55,890 nt of DNA from an uncultured Anaeroplasmataceae bacterium (GCA_948701955.1 CAPSSR010000002.1:1-55890); one strand, 5' to 3'; shown: positions 27,174 through 38,176, counted from the stretch's first letter. Translations and numbers: made by a program. The notes: generated from the letters alone by a model not told the origin.

Positions 27174-29684
27174 TCATTCAGTATATACAGTGTTTAGTTC
27201 CTCCAATCTTTTTATAAGTTCTTCTCCAATACAATCCCAACAGAACTGCTTGTTCCCCTTATATCCGTAGGTAATGTCTAAAATAATATTCAAACGTTCC
27301 TCATCGTTGGGACATATATCTTTTGCTTCCTGATTAAATTTTGCATATAGGAAACGTCTATTTTTATTAGAATCGCCTTTGTCATGATGCTTTTGTTTTT
27401 TGTATTCTCTTACACATTCACAATAATATTGTTCTAATTCCTTAAGGGCCAATCTATGTTCTTCTGTACAACGTTTTTTTGTTTTTAATACATTGTAATC
27501 AAATGAGGAATTACTGTGTAACCGAGACTTATATCCATCCAACTGGCTTTCCACATATCTACATATTTTATTCATAGAGCAGTTTCCCATGCCAACAGGC
27601 AATTTAAATTCATACCAAAACAAAAATTTTTTCTGATCGTCAGATAAATTGCTAGTGTTTGCATATAAATCCTGAAGAGAACAATTATACAATGCATTGC
27701 ATTTGTTATTACTTTCTTTTATATATTTTTTATAATCACGTTTAGCTTCTTCGTAAATGTAAATCATAAAATATGGTTTTCGATATGCACATATAGACTG
27801 CAAATATCTGTCATCACCACAAGCCCTCATATTATACCATCTGCTGGGCATAGGGTCAGAGATTATTCCTTTAATCCGATCAATCTCATTTTGCTGGTAG
27901 AGCTGTCCACATCCTATCCTATACTCCAATTCCTTATATGCATCAGAATTTTTCTCAAAATGTGATTGTACCTCCATCATTGATGTGACATAATTAGTAA
28001 TAATACCAACTTTATTGCCCATTCCATTTTTATTAGTCTTTTTTACTTCATTTTCTGTAATGATAATTTTGGATGTATTACGCTGAACACATTCAATAGC
28101 GGGAAGTTTCCTATATCTCCTCTTAAGCACGGCGTTATTAGTGGAAAAGAGTATATCACTATCCCAATCACACCCATTTTCTGCCATACAGAATGAGTCC
28201 CAGGCATTAATAATCATAATAGTATCCATATATTGATACCATCGCTTGCACTCATTAGAATTATTTACTCTACACATACGAATATTATTATGGCTTGTCA
28301 TAGGACTTCTAAAAACAACAACGTCCTCTTCATCTTTATTAATCCAAAACTTAGAATAACATTCATCAGCCTCAAGTAATCCTGTAACTTCTAATCCACA
28401 AATAGATTGCATAAGTGCGAATGGATCTCCACTAGCAATTTGATAATTACCTTGTACAAGCAATTTCCCAATCTTGGCATCATTCATTTTCTTTTTAATA
28501 AACCTGTGAACTGAATCAATCACATATGGGTCACCAAGCATATATTCATTTGTATATAATGCCCGCTGCCATGAATTGACCTCTGTATTTTCGGTAATTC
28601 CTAAAAACTTAATAGTAGAAGAGTAGTCTCCACACATAGCATCTTTCAAATAGTTTATAGTTGGTGTACAGAGTTCTTCTATATCATCATTGGTAAATTC
28701 ATATGATTGCAAATATTGATAATTTAGTTCCCGTTGTTCCTCCAACACATGCGGAGAAATTTTTGTGACAGAAAATTCATATCCACATTCTTTATAGGCA
28801 TTCTCATAACTTTCAATATTGTCATATGCCATCCATAATTTGAGAGATGATTCAGTCAAGATTATTTCACATTTACGAATGTCTTGTACATTCCCCCATA
28901 TATCTTCTATAAAATAGTTGCCATTATTAAATTCTTCAACGAATTCTACTATTGGAAATGGATATAACATTCCTTTTAGCCAGGCATTCCTTAAACAGAC
29001 TCCACTTGGAATATAATCTAATCCTAGAGATTGGGCTACTCGTTCCATATAGCCTATAGTACATAGGTTAAAACCATCAGAAACAGTATTTTCTAATTGC
29101 TTATGCAATATTGTTTCCATAACAGGCTCATCAGAATCTTTTCCGTCATCCAAAGATATTACATCTGCAAAGTATTGAGTAACACAGTCTTTAACAACCA
29201 AAATCCCAATTGGGTTACATATTGGTTGAGAGGATGAGCATGTCAATGCTTTATATGCCTCATATTTTGCAGGTACAAGTGGTATATTTTTATTTCTTTT
29301 ACATTCACAAAGTTCATTTAGCTTATCTATATATTTTGAATTGCAAAATAGAAGAGTGTTATTTTTCAAACCGCCAGTAGTCCCAACAAATCTTCGATAA
29401 TTTATGCCATTTACTGTCACGCCTTTATTACAGGTAGCTCTACCAAAATCTGACTTTTTATTTATAACGATTTGTATAAAAATTTTAGAAAAATCAATTT
29501 CTTCAATGCTCTTTTGTAAAACCCTATTTGCCATAATACGGAATTCTTGTGCTTCAAATAGTGCCACAAGTTCCTGAAATTTGAATGCTTCCTTTTTGGT
29601 TATTTTCAGATCCCAATTATAATATTTGAGTTTGTTTGTTCCTATTTTGAAAATCTCATATTGAGGTACGCTAATCCCAGCCAT
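27174..29684 (-). CDS. large hypothetical protein; candidate nucleotidyl-transferase (YonO-like single-subunit RNA polymerase?)
   Basis: 836 aa; VVFRSPMTSHNNIRMC followed about 45 aa later by AENGCDWDSDILFS, reminiscent of the beta-prime R-x-P-x-x-H ... NADFDGD catalytic segment. Confidence 0.5.
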   Translation of the reverse strand: MAGISVPQYEIFKIGTNKLKYYNWDLKITKKEAFKFQELVALFEAQEFRIMANRVLQKSIEEIDFSKIFIQIVINKKSDFGRATCNKGVTVNGINYRRFVGTTGGLKNNTLLFCNSKYIDKLNELCECKRNKNIPLVPAKYEAYKALTCSSSQPICNPIGILVVKDCVTQYFADVISLDDGKDSDEPVMETILHKQLENTVSDGFNLCTIGYMERVAQSLGLDYIPSGVCLRNAWLKGMLYPFPIVEFVEEFNNGNYFIEDIWGNVQDIRKCEIILTESSLKLWMAYDNIESYENAYKECGYEFSVTKISPHVLEEQRELNYQYLQSYEFTNDDIEELCTPTINYLKDAMCGDYSSTIKFLGITENTEVNSWQRALYTNEYMLGDPYVIDSVHRFIKKKMNDAKIGKLLVQGNYQIASGDPFALMQSICGLEVTGLLEADECYSKFWINKDEEDVVVFRSPMTSHNNIRMCRVNNSNECKRWYQYMDTIMIINAWDSFCMAENGCDWDSDILFSTNNAVLKRRYRKLPAIECVQRNTSKIIITENEVKKTNKNGMGNKVGIITNYVTSMMEVQSHFEKNSDAYKELEYRIGCGQLYQQNEIDRIKGIISDPMPSRWYNMRACGDDRYLQSICAYRKPYFMIYIYEEAKRDYKKYIKESNNKCNALYNCSLQDLYANTSNLSDDQKKFLFWYEFKLPVGMGNCSMNKICRYVESQLDGYKSRLHSNSSFDYNVLKTKKRCTEEHRLALKELEQYYCECVREYKKQKHHDKGDSNKNRRFLYAKFNQEAKDICPNDEERLNIILDITYGYKGNKQFCWDCIGEELIKRLEELNTVYTE

Positions 29685-29851
29685 TTATTCTCCCTTTGTT
29701 TTAACAAAAAATATTTGTTCGTTTGAAATTCTAACACATATCATATTTTCTTAATTAACCACTCATAGCCCATGTAATTAACATAAATTACTTGTGGGAG
29801 ATTATATATATGTGATACCATGTTCCACAAATACTTTCTTGATTCTTTTTA

Positions 29852-30091
29852 TTAACACTCTTCCTCCAACGCAATAACTTCAAATCCTAGCCACTCAATT
29901 AAATCCCGTAACCCATAAATACAATCAAAATGCCTACATTCACCATTAAAATTTTCGATGTATTCCTCGCCAGGATAAACTCCTTCACCACATGCAGCAC
30001 AATAAATCCTTGCCTTTGGCAACACATATTTTGGGCATCTTGTACTATGCCCATCAATATACCCACAAACCTCACATTTCAAATCAAGCAA
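29852..30091 (-). CDS. small Cys-rich zinc-finger protein
   Basis: 79 aa; CEVCGY...CPKY...CAACGEG; 8-bp overlap with downstream gene. Confidence 0.4.
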   Translation of the reverse strand: MLDLKCEVCGYIDGHSTRCPKYVLPKARIYCAACGEGVYPGEEYIENFNGECRHFDCIYGLRDLIEWLGFEVIALEEEC

Positions 30092-30515
30092 TCCTCCTCA
30101 AATCATATTTCTCTATTCTTTCTTGAACATATCCATCATTTGTTGTGTAATATATATCTCTGATGCCCAAATCCTTGATGGCAGCCATGCATGATGGACA
30201 TGGCCTGGACAATCCGAACGGCTGATCCTTCCGGATGCGGTATATGTATAATTTGACTTTAGAGAAATTGATATTGAGATGCCTGATTGAATTCAGACAG
30301 TTTATCTCTGCATGTAACTTTGGGAGCAGCTTTTCGTTCTGCTTTCTGTATCTGTTATAGAAATTCTGAGTCGGATGCGTCTTATTGCAATTGCATCCTA
30401 TCCCTATAATTCCTCCTTGGTGGACCGCGACACATCCTATATGGGTCTTATGAAAATCTGATACCATCGCGGCCTGTCTTGCCTTATCGAAATACTTCAT
30501 GTCATGTCTATTCAT
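30084..30515 (-). CDS. dCMP/cytidine deaminase
   Basis: HAEINCL and PCPSCMAAI zinc-binding motifs with VAVHQGGIIGIGCN; first ATG at 30515 chosen; track ORF to 30611 would need TTG. Confidence 0.7.
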   Translation of the reverse strand: MNRHDMKYFDKARQAAMVSDFHKTHIGCVAVHQGGIIGIGCNCNKTHPTQNFYNRYRKQNEKLLPKLHAEINCLNSIRHLNINFSKVKLYIYRIRKDQPFGLSRPCPSCMAAIKDLGIRDIYYTTNDGYVQERIEKYDLRRIA

Positions 30516-30879
30516 CTCGGTATGTAATAAAATTATTCTCCTTCTCATATAATTCATTTCCACGATTAAAGCATCTGATTTCATATTCATATCTTTGGAT
30601 ATAGTGTTCAAAGAAATCCATCAAACTGGCGTGTTCAACTATCTTACAGATATCCTTTGTTATAGTCTCCCTAGTGCTAGTGATATATTGGGTGTCAACT
30701 TCTTGAGGTGCTAGATTGAATCCATTTTGTATGTCTTTTCTTCTGAGCCACATTGATAGAAGGTATTTGTCTTTTTTCTTGTCGTATCTATATGTGCAAT
30801 CGACATAGTATCCTTTATGTCCGCATTCCTCTGGTAGTTCAATTTCAATCGTGGTTCCTTTATACATTGGATTAAGCAT
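30508..30879 (-). CDS. hypothetical protein
   Basis: 123 aa; ATG preceded by RBS aaggagg. Confidence 0.5.
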   Translation of the reverse strand: MLNPMYKGTTIEIELPEECGHKGYYVDCTYRYDKKKDKYLLSMWLRRKDIQNGFNLAPQEVDTQYITSTRETITKDICKIVEHASLMDFFEHYIQRYEYEIRCFNRGNELYEKENNFITYRDE

Positions 30880-31099
30880 TCTTAGACCTCCTTCGATTTT
30901 TGCTTATATTATTACTTTCTCTATTTTCTCTGCATTTCTTATCAAATTTCCAATCTGCAACAATTCGGCTAGCAATGAAAGAGCCACCTATATTTTCTTT
31001 TCCTCTATAGTTTGTATTAAAATCCGAAAAGCAAATGACGCCTCCGAATGTCGAATGGTCGATTTTATGCGTTCCTGTTCTGTAAAATGTTTCTGTCAT
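30872..31099 (-). CDS. hypothetical protein
   Basis: 75-aa ORF, 8-bp overlap with next gene. Confidence 0.3.
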   Translation of the reverse strand: MTETFYRTGTHKIDHSTFGGVICFSDFNTNYRGKENIGGSFIASRIVADWKFDKKCRENRESNNISKNRRRSKNA

Positions 31100-31206
31100 T
31101 AGTTCCTGTAGTTTCTCCTTTTCTATTCATTTTGTTTTTTTCTTCATTCACAATAATCATATTTTTTATTCTCCTTTAAATGGTGGAATAATTTTACCTC
31201 ATTAAA

Positions 31207-31749
31207 TTAAATCAATAATCCAATATCTCCTGTAATCTTTTGGCATAGTCTATGGCAACACGAAGGTTTATCTGGATTGCGATTCATATTTACACAAAGG
31301 TAGGAGAGGAGTAATAGGATATAAGCTGAAGATATCCTGATTAAATCAATCTCTTCGTCATTAACTTTTACAGCCTTTAATTCTTCTTTAAAGTTTAGAA
31401 TTTTCTCTAGTTCATCAAAGTAAATAATTCCAAAGTTATCTGGTACATCAAATTTTTCTGTGTTGATTTTGATGTTGTAATAATCTGTGGAGTTTTCCTT
31501 TTCCTTTGCCAATTTCTTATAATCCGGATAACGCTCAAAATATCCATAGTGAGAGAGTAATTCTAATACTTCAAAATATTTATGATTTATCTTTCCGTCA
31601 TTATAATTTGGTTTTAGATGTGACCAGTGACACAGTTCTGAAATACTGAATGCCACTGTATCATCCAAGGCTCTGCGAGAACACAGGTAAGAAAATATAA
31701 CTACATGCTTGTCTCCAATGTCTTTGTTGTAGGTTATTTCTCGTGGCAT
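31207..31749 (-). CDS. hypothetical protein
   Basis: 180-aa ORF. Confidence 0.45.
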   Translation of the reverse strand: MPREITYNKDIGDKHVVIFSYLCSRRALDDTVAFSISELCHWSHLKPNYNDGKINHKYFEVLELLSHYGYFERYPDYKKLAKEKENSTDYYNIKINTEKFDVPDNFGIIYFDELEKILNFKEELKAVKVNDEEIDLIRISSAYILLLLSYLCVNMNRNPDKPSCCHRLCQKITGDIGLLI

Positions 31750-31779
31750 CTTTACATAGCTAGGTAAGTAATTACCTGC

Positions 31780-32289
31780 CTAATTTCGATAACCCAGTTT
31801 CTTTGCTTCTAATCTGGCTTTTGCATATGCATCAGCTTTTGCTCTCAACTCGGCACATCCACAACTAGGTATCCATGCTTCTATGTAATCAATACATCTT
31901 TGATAATCGCCTTTACGAGTTCTCGCAATTTTTGAACCAAGACCAGCACTTTGTCTTGTATCCTTATATAATCGTTGAATAAATATTTTAAAATACTTCT
32001 CACGTTCCAGTGGATTATCTCCAATAATTTCAACAACTCTTTTTTGAGCTGACTCAACAATTATTTCTTGTTGTGTAGTGGTCACTTCCTCATTTAACTT
32101 TAATTGATTAATATCATCAGATAATCCTGTCATAGTTTCTGAAATGCCAGAAACTATATTTGACAATCCATTTATTAATGTTTCTTGTGCATTTAATTTT
32201 GCCAATACGATTGCCGTATTTTCACTATTAGCTCTAGTTAATTCTGCTGTTTTTCCCAATGCATCCATAATGTTTTCGTAAGTATTCAT
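31780..32289 (-). CDS. hypothetical protein
   Basis: 169-aa helical ORF. Confidence 0.45.
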   Translation of the reverse strand: MNTYENIMDALGKTAELTRANSENTAIVLAKLNAQETLINGLSNIVSGISETMTGLSDDINQLKLNEEVTTTQQEIIVESAQKRVVEIIGDNPLEREKYFKIFIQRLYKDTRQSAGLGSKIARTRKGDYQRCIDYIEAWIPSCGCAELRAKADAYAKARLEAKKLGYRN

Positions 32290-32290
32290 G

Positions 32291-33343
32291 CTAGTTGATC
32301 TCCTTTACTTTGTTATTAATGTTATATTCCATAGTATCTGCCCATGATTTAATAGCATGAACCGATCTAATATATCCTTCTCTTTCTAATTCTGGAATTT
32401 CATTAATCTTGTCTGTCAACCAAATATATCCCCCAACTTGTTCAATAAAAGTTGCAATTTTTGAACAGAATAATAGAGTAGAATCTTTTAATTTTTTCTC
32501 ATATTGCGTAACTTGTGAATTATCATTCATTATTTCTATTTGTTTTCGTAAATCTTGAAGTTCTTTTACTTTTTCATCAAACTGAGTCTTTAACTGCTTA
32601 TAATCAAATTTGTAATCTTGAAGTTCTTTTTTTGTTGAATCATAATCTTCTGGTTTTGGAGGGTTACTTTTTAATTCTTTAATTTCATCAATATATTTCT
32701 GCATTTCTCTTTTTGTGATTTTCTTTGTTGTGTCAAGTGATGAAATTAGTTCTAGTTGTTCATTATCTGTAAGTTGTCTTATCATAGCAAGAGCAGTAGT
32801 AGGCATTACAATACCAGTCTGCACTAAGTCATCGAGCTCAGGTATCATGTCTGACAACATCTTATAATTCTGTAAATTTTGAACAGTCATTCCCATATCT
32901 TTAGCAAGTTGTTCCTGAGTTTTTGAGGGTTTAAAATTATTTGTAACCCTATTATGTTGGTTGTTTCCATTCTCAATTCCATATAATCGTTCTAATTCCT
33001 TAATTCTCTTTCCAACTTTTTTTGCCGATCCACCAATTTCGCCACGCCTACGAATATTTGACTCCAATAAATCCAAAAGAATCTCATCATCAGAATTATA
33101 AATTCTTATTTCAGATTCAATGACTGGAATATCAAGTTCTTTAAATGCCCGTACTCGTTGATGTCCAGAAACAATTACCTTATCTTGTGTAATTATTATT
33201 GGTTCAATGTTTCCACGCTTGTTTTCTTTAACTCGTTTTCTGATAGATTCCAAAAGTTCTTCCCACTTATCACCTGTAATATCATCAAAAAACTCATTGT
33301 TACGTGAGTGCGCCTTTAATTCATTAATATTAATCTGTTGCAT
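32291..33343 (-). CDS. ParB-like nuclease/partition domain protein
   Basis: 350 aa; PIIITQDKVIVSGHQRVRAFKELDIPVIESEI matches ParB/Srx N-terminal domain; HTH TQEQLAKDMGMTVQNLQNY. Confidence 0.65.
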   Translation of the reverse strand: MQQININELKAHSRNNEFFDDITGDKWEELLESIRKRVKENKRGNIEPIIITQDKVIVSGHQRVRAFKELDIPVIESEIRIYNSDDEILLDLLESNIRRRGEIGGSAKKVGKRIKELERLYGIENGNNQHNRVTNNFKPSKTQEQLAKDMGMTVQNLQNYKMLSDMIPELDDLVQTGIVMPTTALAMIRQLTDNEQLELISSLDTTKKITKREMQKYIDEIKELKSNPPKPEDYDSTKKELQDYKFDYKQLKTQFDEKVKELQDLRKQIEIMNDNSQVTQYEKKLKDSTLLFCSKIATFIEQVGGYIWLTDKINEIPELEREGYIRSVHAIKSWADTMEYNINNKVKEIN

Positions 33344-33415
33344 TTGTAAAAATTCCTTTCTTTAAAAAATTTGTTTATAGTTACATAAAACAAAATTTGC
33401 TCTAACTTGTATTTT

Positions 33416-33991
33416 CTACATTTCAAACCGATAATTTCCACTCTTAAATGGATAAAATTCATCTACTTTATATAAATCCAACATTTTATTCAAAGCCCAT
33501 TCAATTTCTTGTTTACATCCCTCCTTATTCAATACATAAATATTTGGTACATTTTGTGGTGGCTTAGATTTATCTGGTTGTACGCTACCTACTTCTCTTT
33601 TTATAAGTAGAGCAGGGATATCATCTGATGATTTAGTTAAATACTCTATACATTGATTAATCGTATCTTTCGACATAGACAATTCTTCAGCCATATGCTT
33701 AATGCTTCTATAAAATGCTTCTGGGTTATCTTTGGCGTTTTCATATTCAGATCCATCATTTTGTTTTGGACGGCATCCTATATATGAGTTTATATATAGA
33801 AAAGCTACAAGTATATTTTCTCTATTCAAAGAGCTGTCAGCCATCATAATTGTGTCGAACTGAGAAGATGTAAGTTTCGCAAATTTTTCTGTTGAGTCAA
33901 AGTTTTGTGGAATAATTTTAATTTCAATACCAGTATCGTAGGAAAGCGAATCCAAATCTTGTTTTACTTCAATCATCCGATTATTTATCAT
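33416..33991 (-). CDS. hypothetical protein
   Basis: 191-aa ORF. Confidence 0.45.
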   Translation of the reverse strand: MINNRMIEVKQDLDSLSYDTGIEIKIIPQNFDSTEKFAKLTSSQFDTIMMADSSLNRENILVAFLYINSYIGCRPKQNDGSEYENAKDNPEAFYRSIKHMAEELSMSKDTINQCIEYLTKSSDDIPALLIKREVGSVQPDKSKPPQNVPNIYVLNKEGCKQEIEWALNKMLDLYKVDEFYPFKSGNYRFEM

Positions 33992-34447
33992 GTATTCAAG
34001 TACATCTAATATTTCTTTGAATGCTTTTGGCTTTCGGCTTGTGGTTTTATATCCATAGAATTCCAGTACTTTTCGTATAGTTATCCAACTGTAATCTTCA
34101 TAGGATCGATATTTGTCAATAAGAATATATGTGATATAAAATTTCCTGCTTACACCAAATTTTGTTTTAATATTTCCTTGTATGTATTCGTTTGGAAATC
34201 TTGTAAAATATTCTTTGCTTTGTTTTTTGATAGTTCTTTTTCTCCTTTCGATATACGAGAGTTCAGCAAACGCTCTTTTTAAAGCCTGAAAAATGATGAG
34301 ATTGGGTAAATGACGCTCTTTTTAGAGCCTTTGCTGAACAGAATAAAGATATAACCTATTTAATAAAGACAGACATATTCCGTGCCATATTCCGCTACGC
34401 TACATATGTCACTCCATAAATAACTTTTTGATTGTTGATGGTTATCG

Positions 34448-34852
34448 TCATTCAATCCCATAGCCTATCTTTAATAACTTCTCCATTTCATCATGATCAA
34501 TCTTATATCTTGGAATCACAAATGAGGAGCTGCAGTTTGCGCATGTGGCAATGTTCATCCTCTGCCCATTGAATCTCTTGATACATTTATTCCAGAATCC
34601 TCTTGCCTCATAAAGGGTCTGTCCAATAATACAATTCACCTTATAATGGGAGAGTATGTAGTCTATAACTTGATACCCATAATGATTTCCTCTGTGATAT
34701 TCTAATATCTTGAAATAACCTATAATGAATATATTCTTCTTTTTTGTAAAGCTTATCTCACCAATCTTTTGCCTCCTGTCATAGATATTGTACTTCCCAT
34801 AAAGTTTAATGCCATATATATCCATTCTGTGAAAACTTATTTTACATCCCAA
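34448..34852 (-). CDS. hypothetical protein, possibly small GNAT-like
   Basis: 134 aa; HRGNHYGYQVIDYI loosely matches GNAT motif A. Confidence 0.35.
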   Translation of the reverse strand: MGCKISFHRMDIYGIKLYGKYNIYDRRQKIGEISFTKKKNIFIIGYFKILEYHRGNHYGYQVIDYILSHYKVNCIIGQTLYEARGFWNKCIKRFNGQRMNIATCANCSSSFVIPRYKIDHDEMEKLLKIGYGIE

Positions 34853-34855
34853 TCA

Positions 34856-35761
34856 TTATTTCTCCTTTTTTGAAAGCATCTTAGCAGCCAATTCATCAAA
34901 TATATTTCTTGGTTCATTGGAACTAATATTTTCAGCTATATGTAACTTCTCCATAATAGAATCCAATGTTAGTGTAAACATATCACGTATATCCTTGTAG
35001 TGATTGACTACATCTATCACATATGGATTAGTATCTAGGGCAAACTCCGATTTATAAGCATCTACATAATCATTTAATTCAATACTGTAAATGTCTTCTG
35101 TTTCTTCGATTACAAGATGTATAATCTCTGATAATTGTAGCTTTTCTTCACGATGCGTATTCACATAGGAGAGGAGAGTGTTGAGTTTCTTAAATGTATT
35201 GGTTTTCCAACGAGAATACTTCTTTTCTGGTAATTTCTTCTTGTTAGATTGTTCTTCTAATTTGGAGAGGCGGTTGTCCATCGATGTCAATAACTCTATC
35301 AATTTCTTATTTGTATTGTTATCAGAAATGGATTGTAATTTCTGTGCTGCAACTCTTAACCCTTGCTCACAGGCTATAAAGTATTTACGAGCTTCTTGGC
35401 CACGTTCATTTTTGACAGTCATGGAAATATGTTTTGCAAAATCTGATGTAAGTTTATAATCATATGTTGGCCTACCACCAATTTTAGGGTTTTCGCTTTT
35501 AAGGCGAAAAGGTAAATAATCAATTCCTTCAGTAGCAAATGGATTATTTAATATATTTCTTTTGCACCATGAAGAATAGTGACTAAGATTCAAACCTAAA
35601 AATTCATATAAATTTCGCAGTGTTGTCATTCCATTCTCATCAATCTTCAATGCAATCTCAATTGGAGTCTGAGATGAAGAAGCTAAATTTGAATTCGATT
35701 TTAGTGAATTGGTTTCTGGCTTTGTGATAGTTTTTGGTTTCGTTGTTTTAGTTGTTCTCAT
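34856..35761 (-). CDS. AntA/AntB-like antirepressor domain protein
   Basis: 301 aa; LYEFLGLNLSHYSSWCKRNILNNPFATEGIDY resembles the AntA/AntB antirepressor N-terminal domain. Confidence 0.45.
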   Translation of the reverse strand: MRTTKTTKPKTITKPETNSLKSNSNLASSSQTPIEIALKIDENGMTTLRNLYEFLGLNLSHYSSWCKRNILNNPFATEGIDYLPFRLKSENPKIGGRPTYDYKLTSDFAKHISMTVKNERGQEARKYFIACEQGLRVAAQKLQSISDNNTNKKLIELLTSMDNRLSKLEEQSNKKKLPEKKYSRWKTNTFKKLNTLLSYVNTHREEKLQLSEIIHLVIEETEDIYSIELNDYVDAYKSEFALDTNPYVIDVVNHYKDIRDMFTLTLDSIMEKLHIAENISSNEPRNIFDELAAKMLSKKEK

Positions 35762-36025
35762 GATTTTGTTATCTCCTTTGGACTTGTACTAATTTTTTAG
35801 GTCATGATTATTACTTCTACATTTTCATCCAAGAAAGTTAAAAAAGTATTAGTATGTATTTTTAGGTAGGAAAGTGGTTTGTGGGAATAATGTAAAATAT
35901 ATCTCCCTTATGAATGGATTATCATATTCATTTTATATCTCTACTTTTGTCTTGTTTCTTATATAAGTTTTGTAATAAAAAAATAAGACAGATGAAAATC
36001 ACCTGCCTTAAATATTCTTTCTAAA

Positions 36026-37060
36026 TTATTCCGTTATATTTTCTGCCATAAGCCAATTTGATTCTGGCTTTGCTATAAGACGAGCATCCATGTATGCCAT
36101 CTCCATTGATAAGCATGTAGTTGCCTGATAATATCCATTTTTCATTAAGTCTAACACTAAAGCAACATCAGGACTATCATCTTTACCAAAACAAAGCGGT
36201 ACAAGTAACTGAATTTTATTTTGATAATAATGTGGAACAGCTAATTTATAATTTGCTGTTACTTTTTGAATGGCGGTATCAATAACGCCTTTTAGGGTTT
36301 CTAATGGTCTGGCGCTATTTTTAATAGAGTCTGGTAATCTTTGTGACGTGTTTAAGTCATCAAGTATATGTTTGTAATTCTTATTTACATTAAGATGCCA
36401 ATTAAATACTAATCTTGATGGATCAGAAAAGTAATCTGCTCTTTCTGGAAATCTTTCAATATCAAGGCTACCCAACTCATAAGTGTCCTTAAATCCTTTA
36501 AAATACCATTTTGCGGTATTTTCAGATACATTTTTATTAATTTCGCCATAGGCATATATTGGCTCATAGTATTTTGAAAATAATCCAGTATCAAAAGCAC
36601 AATATGTATCAGTTTCTATTACTTTGCCTTCCTCTTGCAATTTCATAAATGTATATTTTAGATAGTTCTTCAGAATGTAGTTATCGTCTTTATCTTCAAA
36701 ACTCCATTTTTCTTGAAGTGCTTTATCTGCTAATTTTTGGATTTGCAGATTATAATCTCCCCAGTACATATAGTTATAAATATCAATGGTTTCCATATAG
36801 TCACCCTCCGTTGATGAAGATAATGCTTGTCTGATTATATCATGTTTTCTGGAAATACAAAAGAAAGACTTGGGAAATTTTATCTCACCTATAAAGAAAT
36901 CATATGGAGCATCATGATAATCCATTATGGTGATAGGAGCCATCCCTTTCTCAATCCTTGCCTTAAAATATGCATCACTTTCATTATCTGCATAGATTAC
37001 CATGATGTCAGAAAAAATAGAATGATATTCTTTTGTTACGGGTATCAAATAAGTATTCAT
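36026..37060 (-). CDS. hypothetical protein
   Basis: 344-aa ORF. Confidence 0.45.
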   Translation of the reverse strand: MNTYLIPVTKEYHSIFSDIMVIYADNESDAYFKARIEKGMAPITIMDYHDAPYDFFIGEIKFPKSFFCISRKHDIIRQALSSSTEGDYMETIDIYNYMYWGDYNLQIQKLADKALQEKWSFEDKDDNYILKNYLKYTFMKLQEEGKVIETDTYCAFDTGLFSKYYEPIYAYGEINKNVSENTAKWYFKGFKDTYELGSLDIERFPERADYFSDPSRLVFNWHLNVNKNYKHILDDLNTSQRLPDSIKNSARPLETLKGVIDTAIQKVTANYKLAVPHYYQNKIQLLVPLCFGKDDSPDVALVLDLMKNGYYQATTCLSMEMAYMDARLIAKPESNWLMAENITE

Positions 37061-38109
37061 GAAAGTTATCTCCTTTGCATCTTTGGATATATTATTGCTC
37101 TGATTATTGTATCTGTGTTCAGCTATACGAAATCAATCTATTCTTTCTCTATCTAGCAGAAGAGCAGATAAGAAAAAACGAAACATAAATGATAGGCTTC
37201 TCTGCAGTATTTTTTCTTATAGATGTATATGGTATGCCAAATCATAAGACTACGTAATGATTTTTTGCCCAAATTCGCTTATAGAAGAAGCATAGGTATA
37301 TTTTATAAGATATGATACTATTTTACGAAAATGGGCCTCAAATCATTTGTGTACGTTATAATGCCAGCAAATTGCTTTCTGCTTTATGTTCAATCTGTAT
37401 TTGGTACTTATTCATTAAAAAAATCTCCGTATTATTTTTTGCATTAGAGCCATAAAATATTATTCTCTTTTTTGTCAGGATATTTAATGAGTTCGGTGAT
37501 GGATGGTATTTGTCCTATTTTTGGATTACGAAAGATATTGATTCTACTGGATGAACTGCATTTTTGCATATATGATTCGTTAGCTTCTTCTAATGAATAT
37601 ACTTAGCAAATATGAAATTCTGAGAAGGGTTCGAGAATATGCTGATTTTATAAGGGATTTTAATATTTTTAGAGGTAATTTTTTCGATTTTGAATGCTGG
37701 AATAATTGTCTGAAAATTTATTTGTGGTTGATTTCGATGGATTTTAGAGGATTGGCTTCGAAGTGCTAACCGAACTGTTTTTTGAATTGTGTAGAAGTTT
37801 GATGCAATTTGGGGATGATAGGTGGAGTCAAAATTTTAAGCTGATGTGAGAATGGAACTGATAAGCGCTTTTGAGGCTTTGACAATCCATTTTAAAATGT
37901 AAATATACCCCCCATATGTCAATATTTTGAGGTATGAGCACCCATAAACAAAACCGCATATTTACTTGTTTTCAAGTTACAAAAATGTTGTATTCATAAC
38001 TTTATATATAGGTCTGATATGTCAACAAATAATCAATTTTGTAATCAGCTATAAGTGGTCATCTATCCATCGCACTTGATTAAAATATATCAATAAAAAA
38101 TTTAAATAT

Positions 38110-38176
38110 ATAAACCTATCGTGCTGGTATGTTAATGAATATAAACTTATTAACATACTAACATAGTAGGTTTATA
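38110..38176. repeat. nested inverted repeats (cruciform-capable palindrome)
   Basis: Outer ATAAACCTAT / TAGGTTTAT (38110-38119 / 38167-38175); inner GTATGTTAAT / ATTAACATAC (38127-38136 / 38149-38158). Confidence 0.6.

Noticed and set aside
27174-29684. Family-B DNA polymerase interpretation of the 836-aa protein (DWDS versus motif C DTDS)
   Set aside because: No motif A (DxxSLYPS) or motif B (KxxxNSxYG) was found upstream. The RNAP-like reading fits order and spacing better, but it remains unproven.
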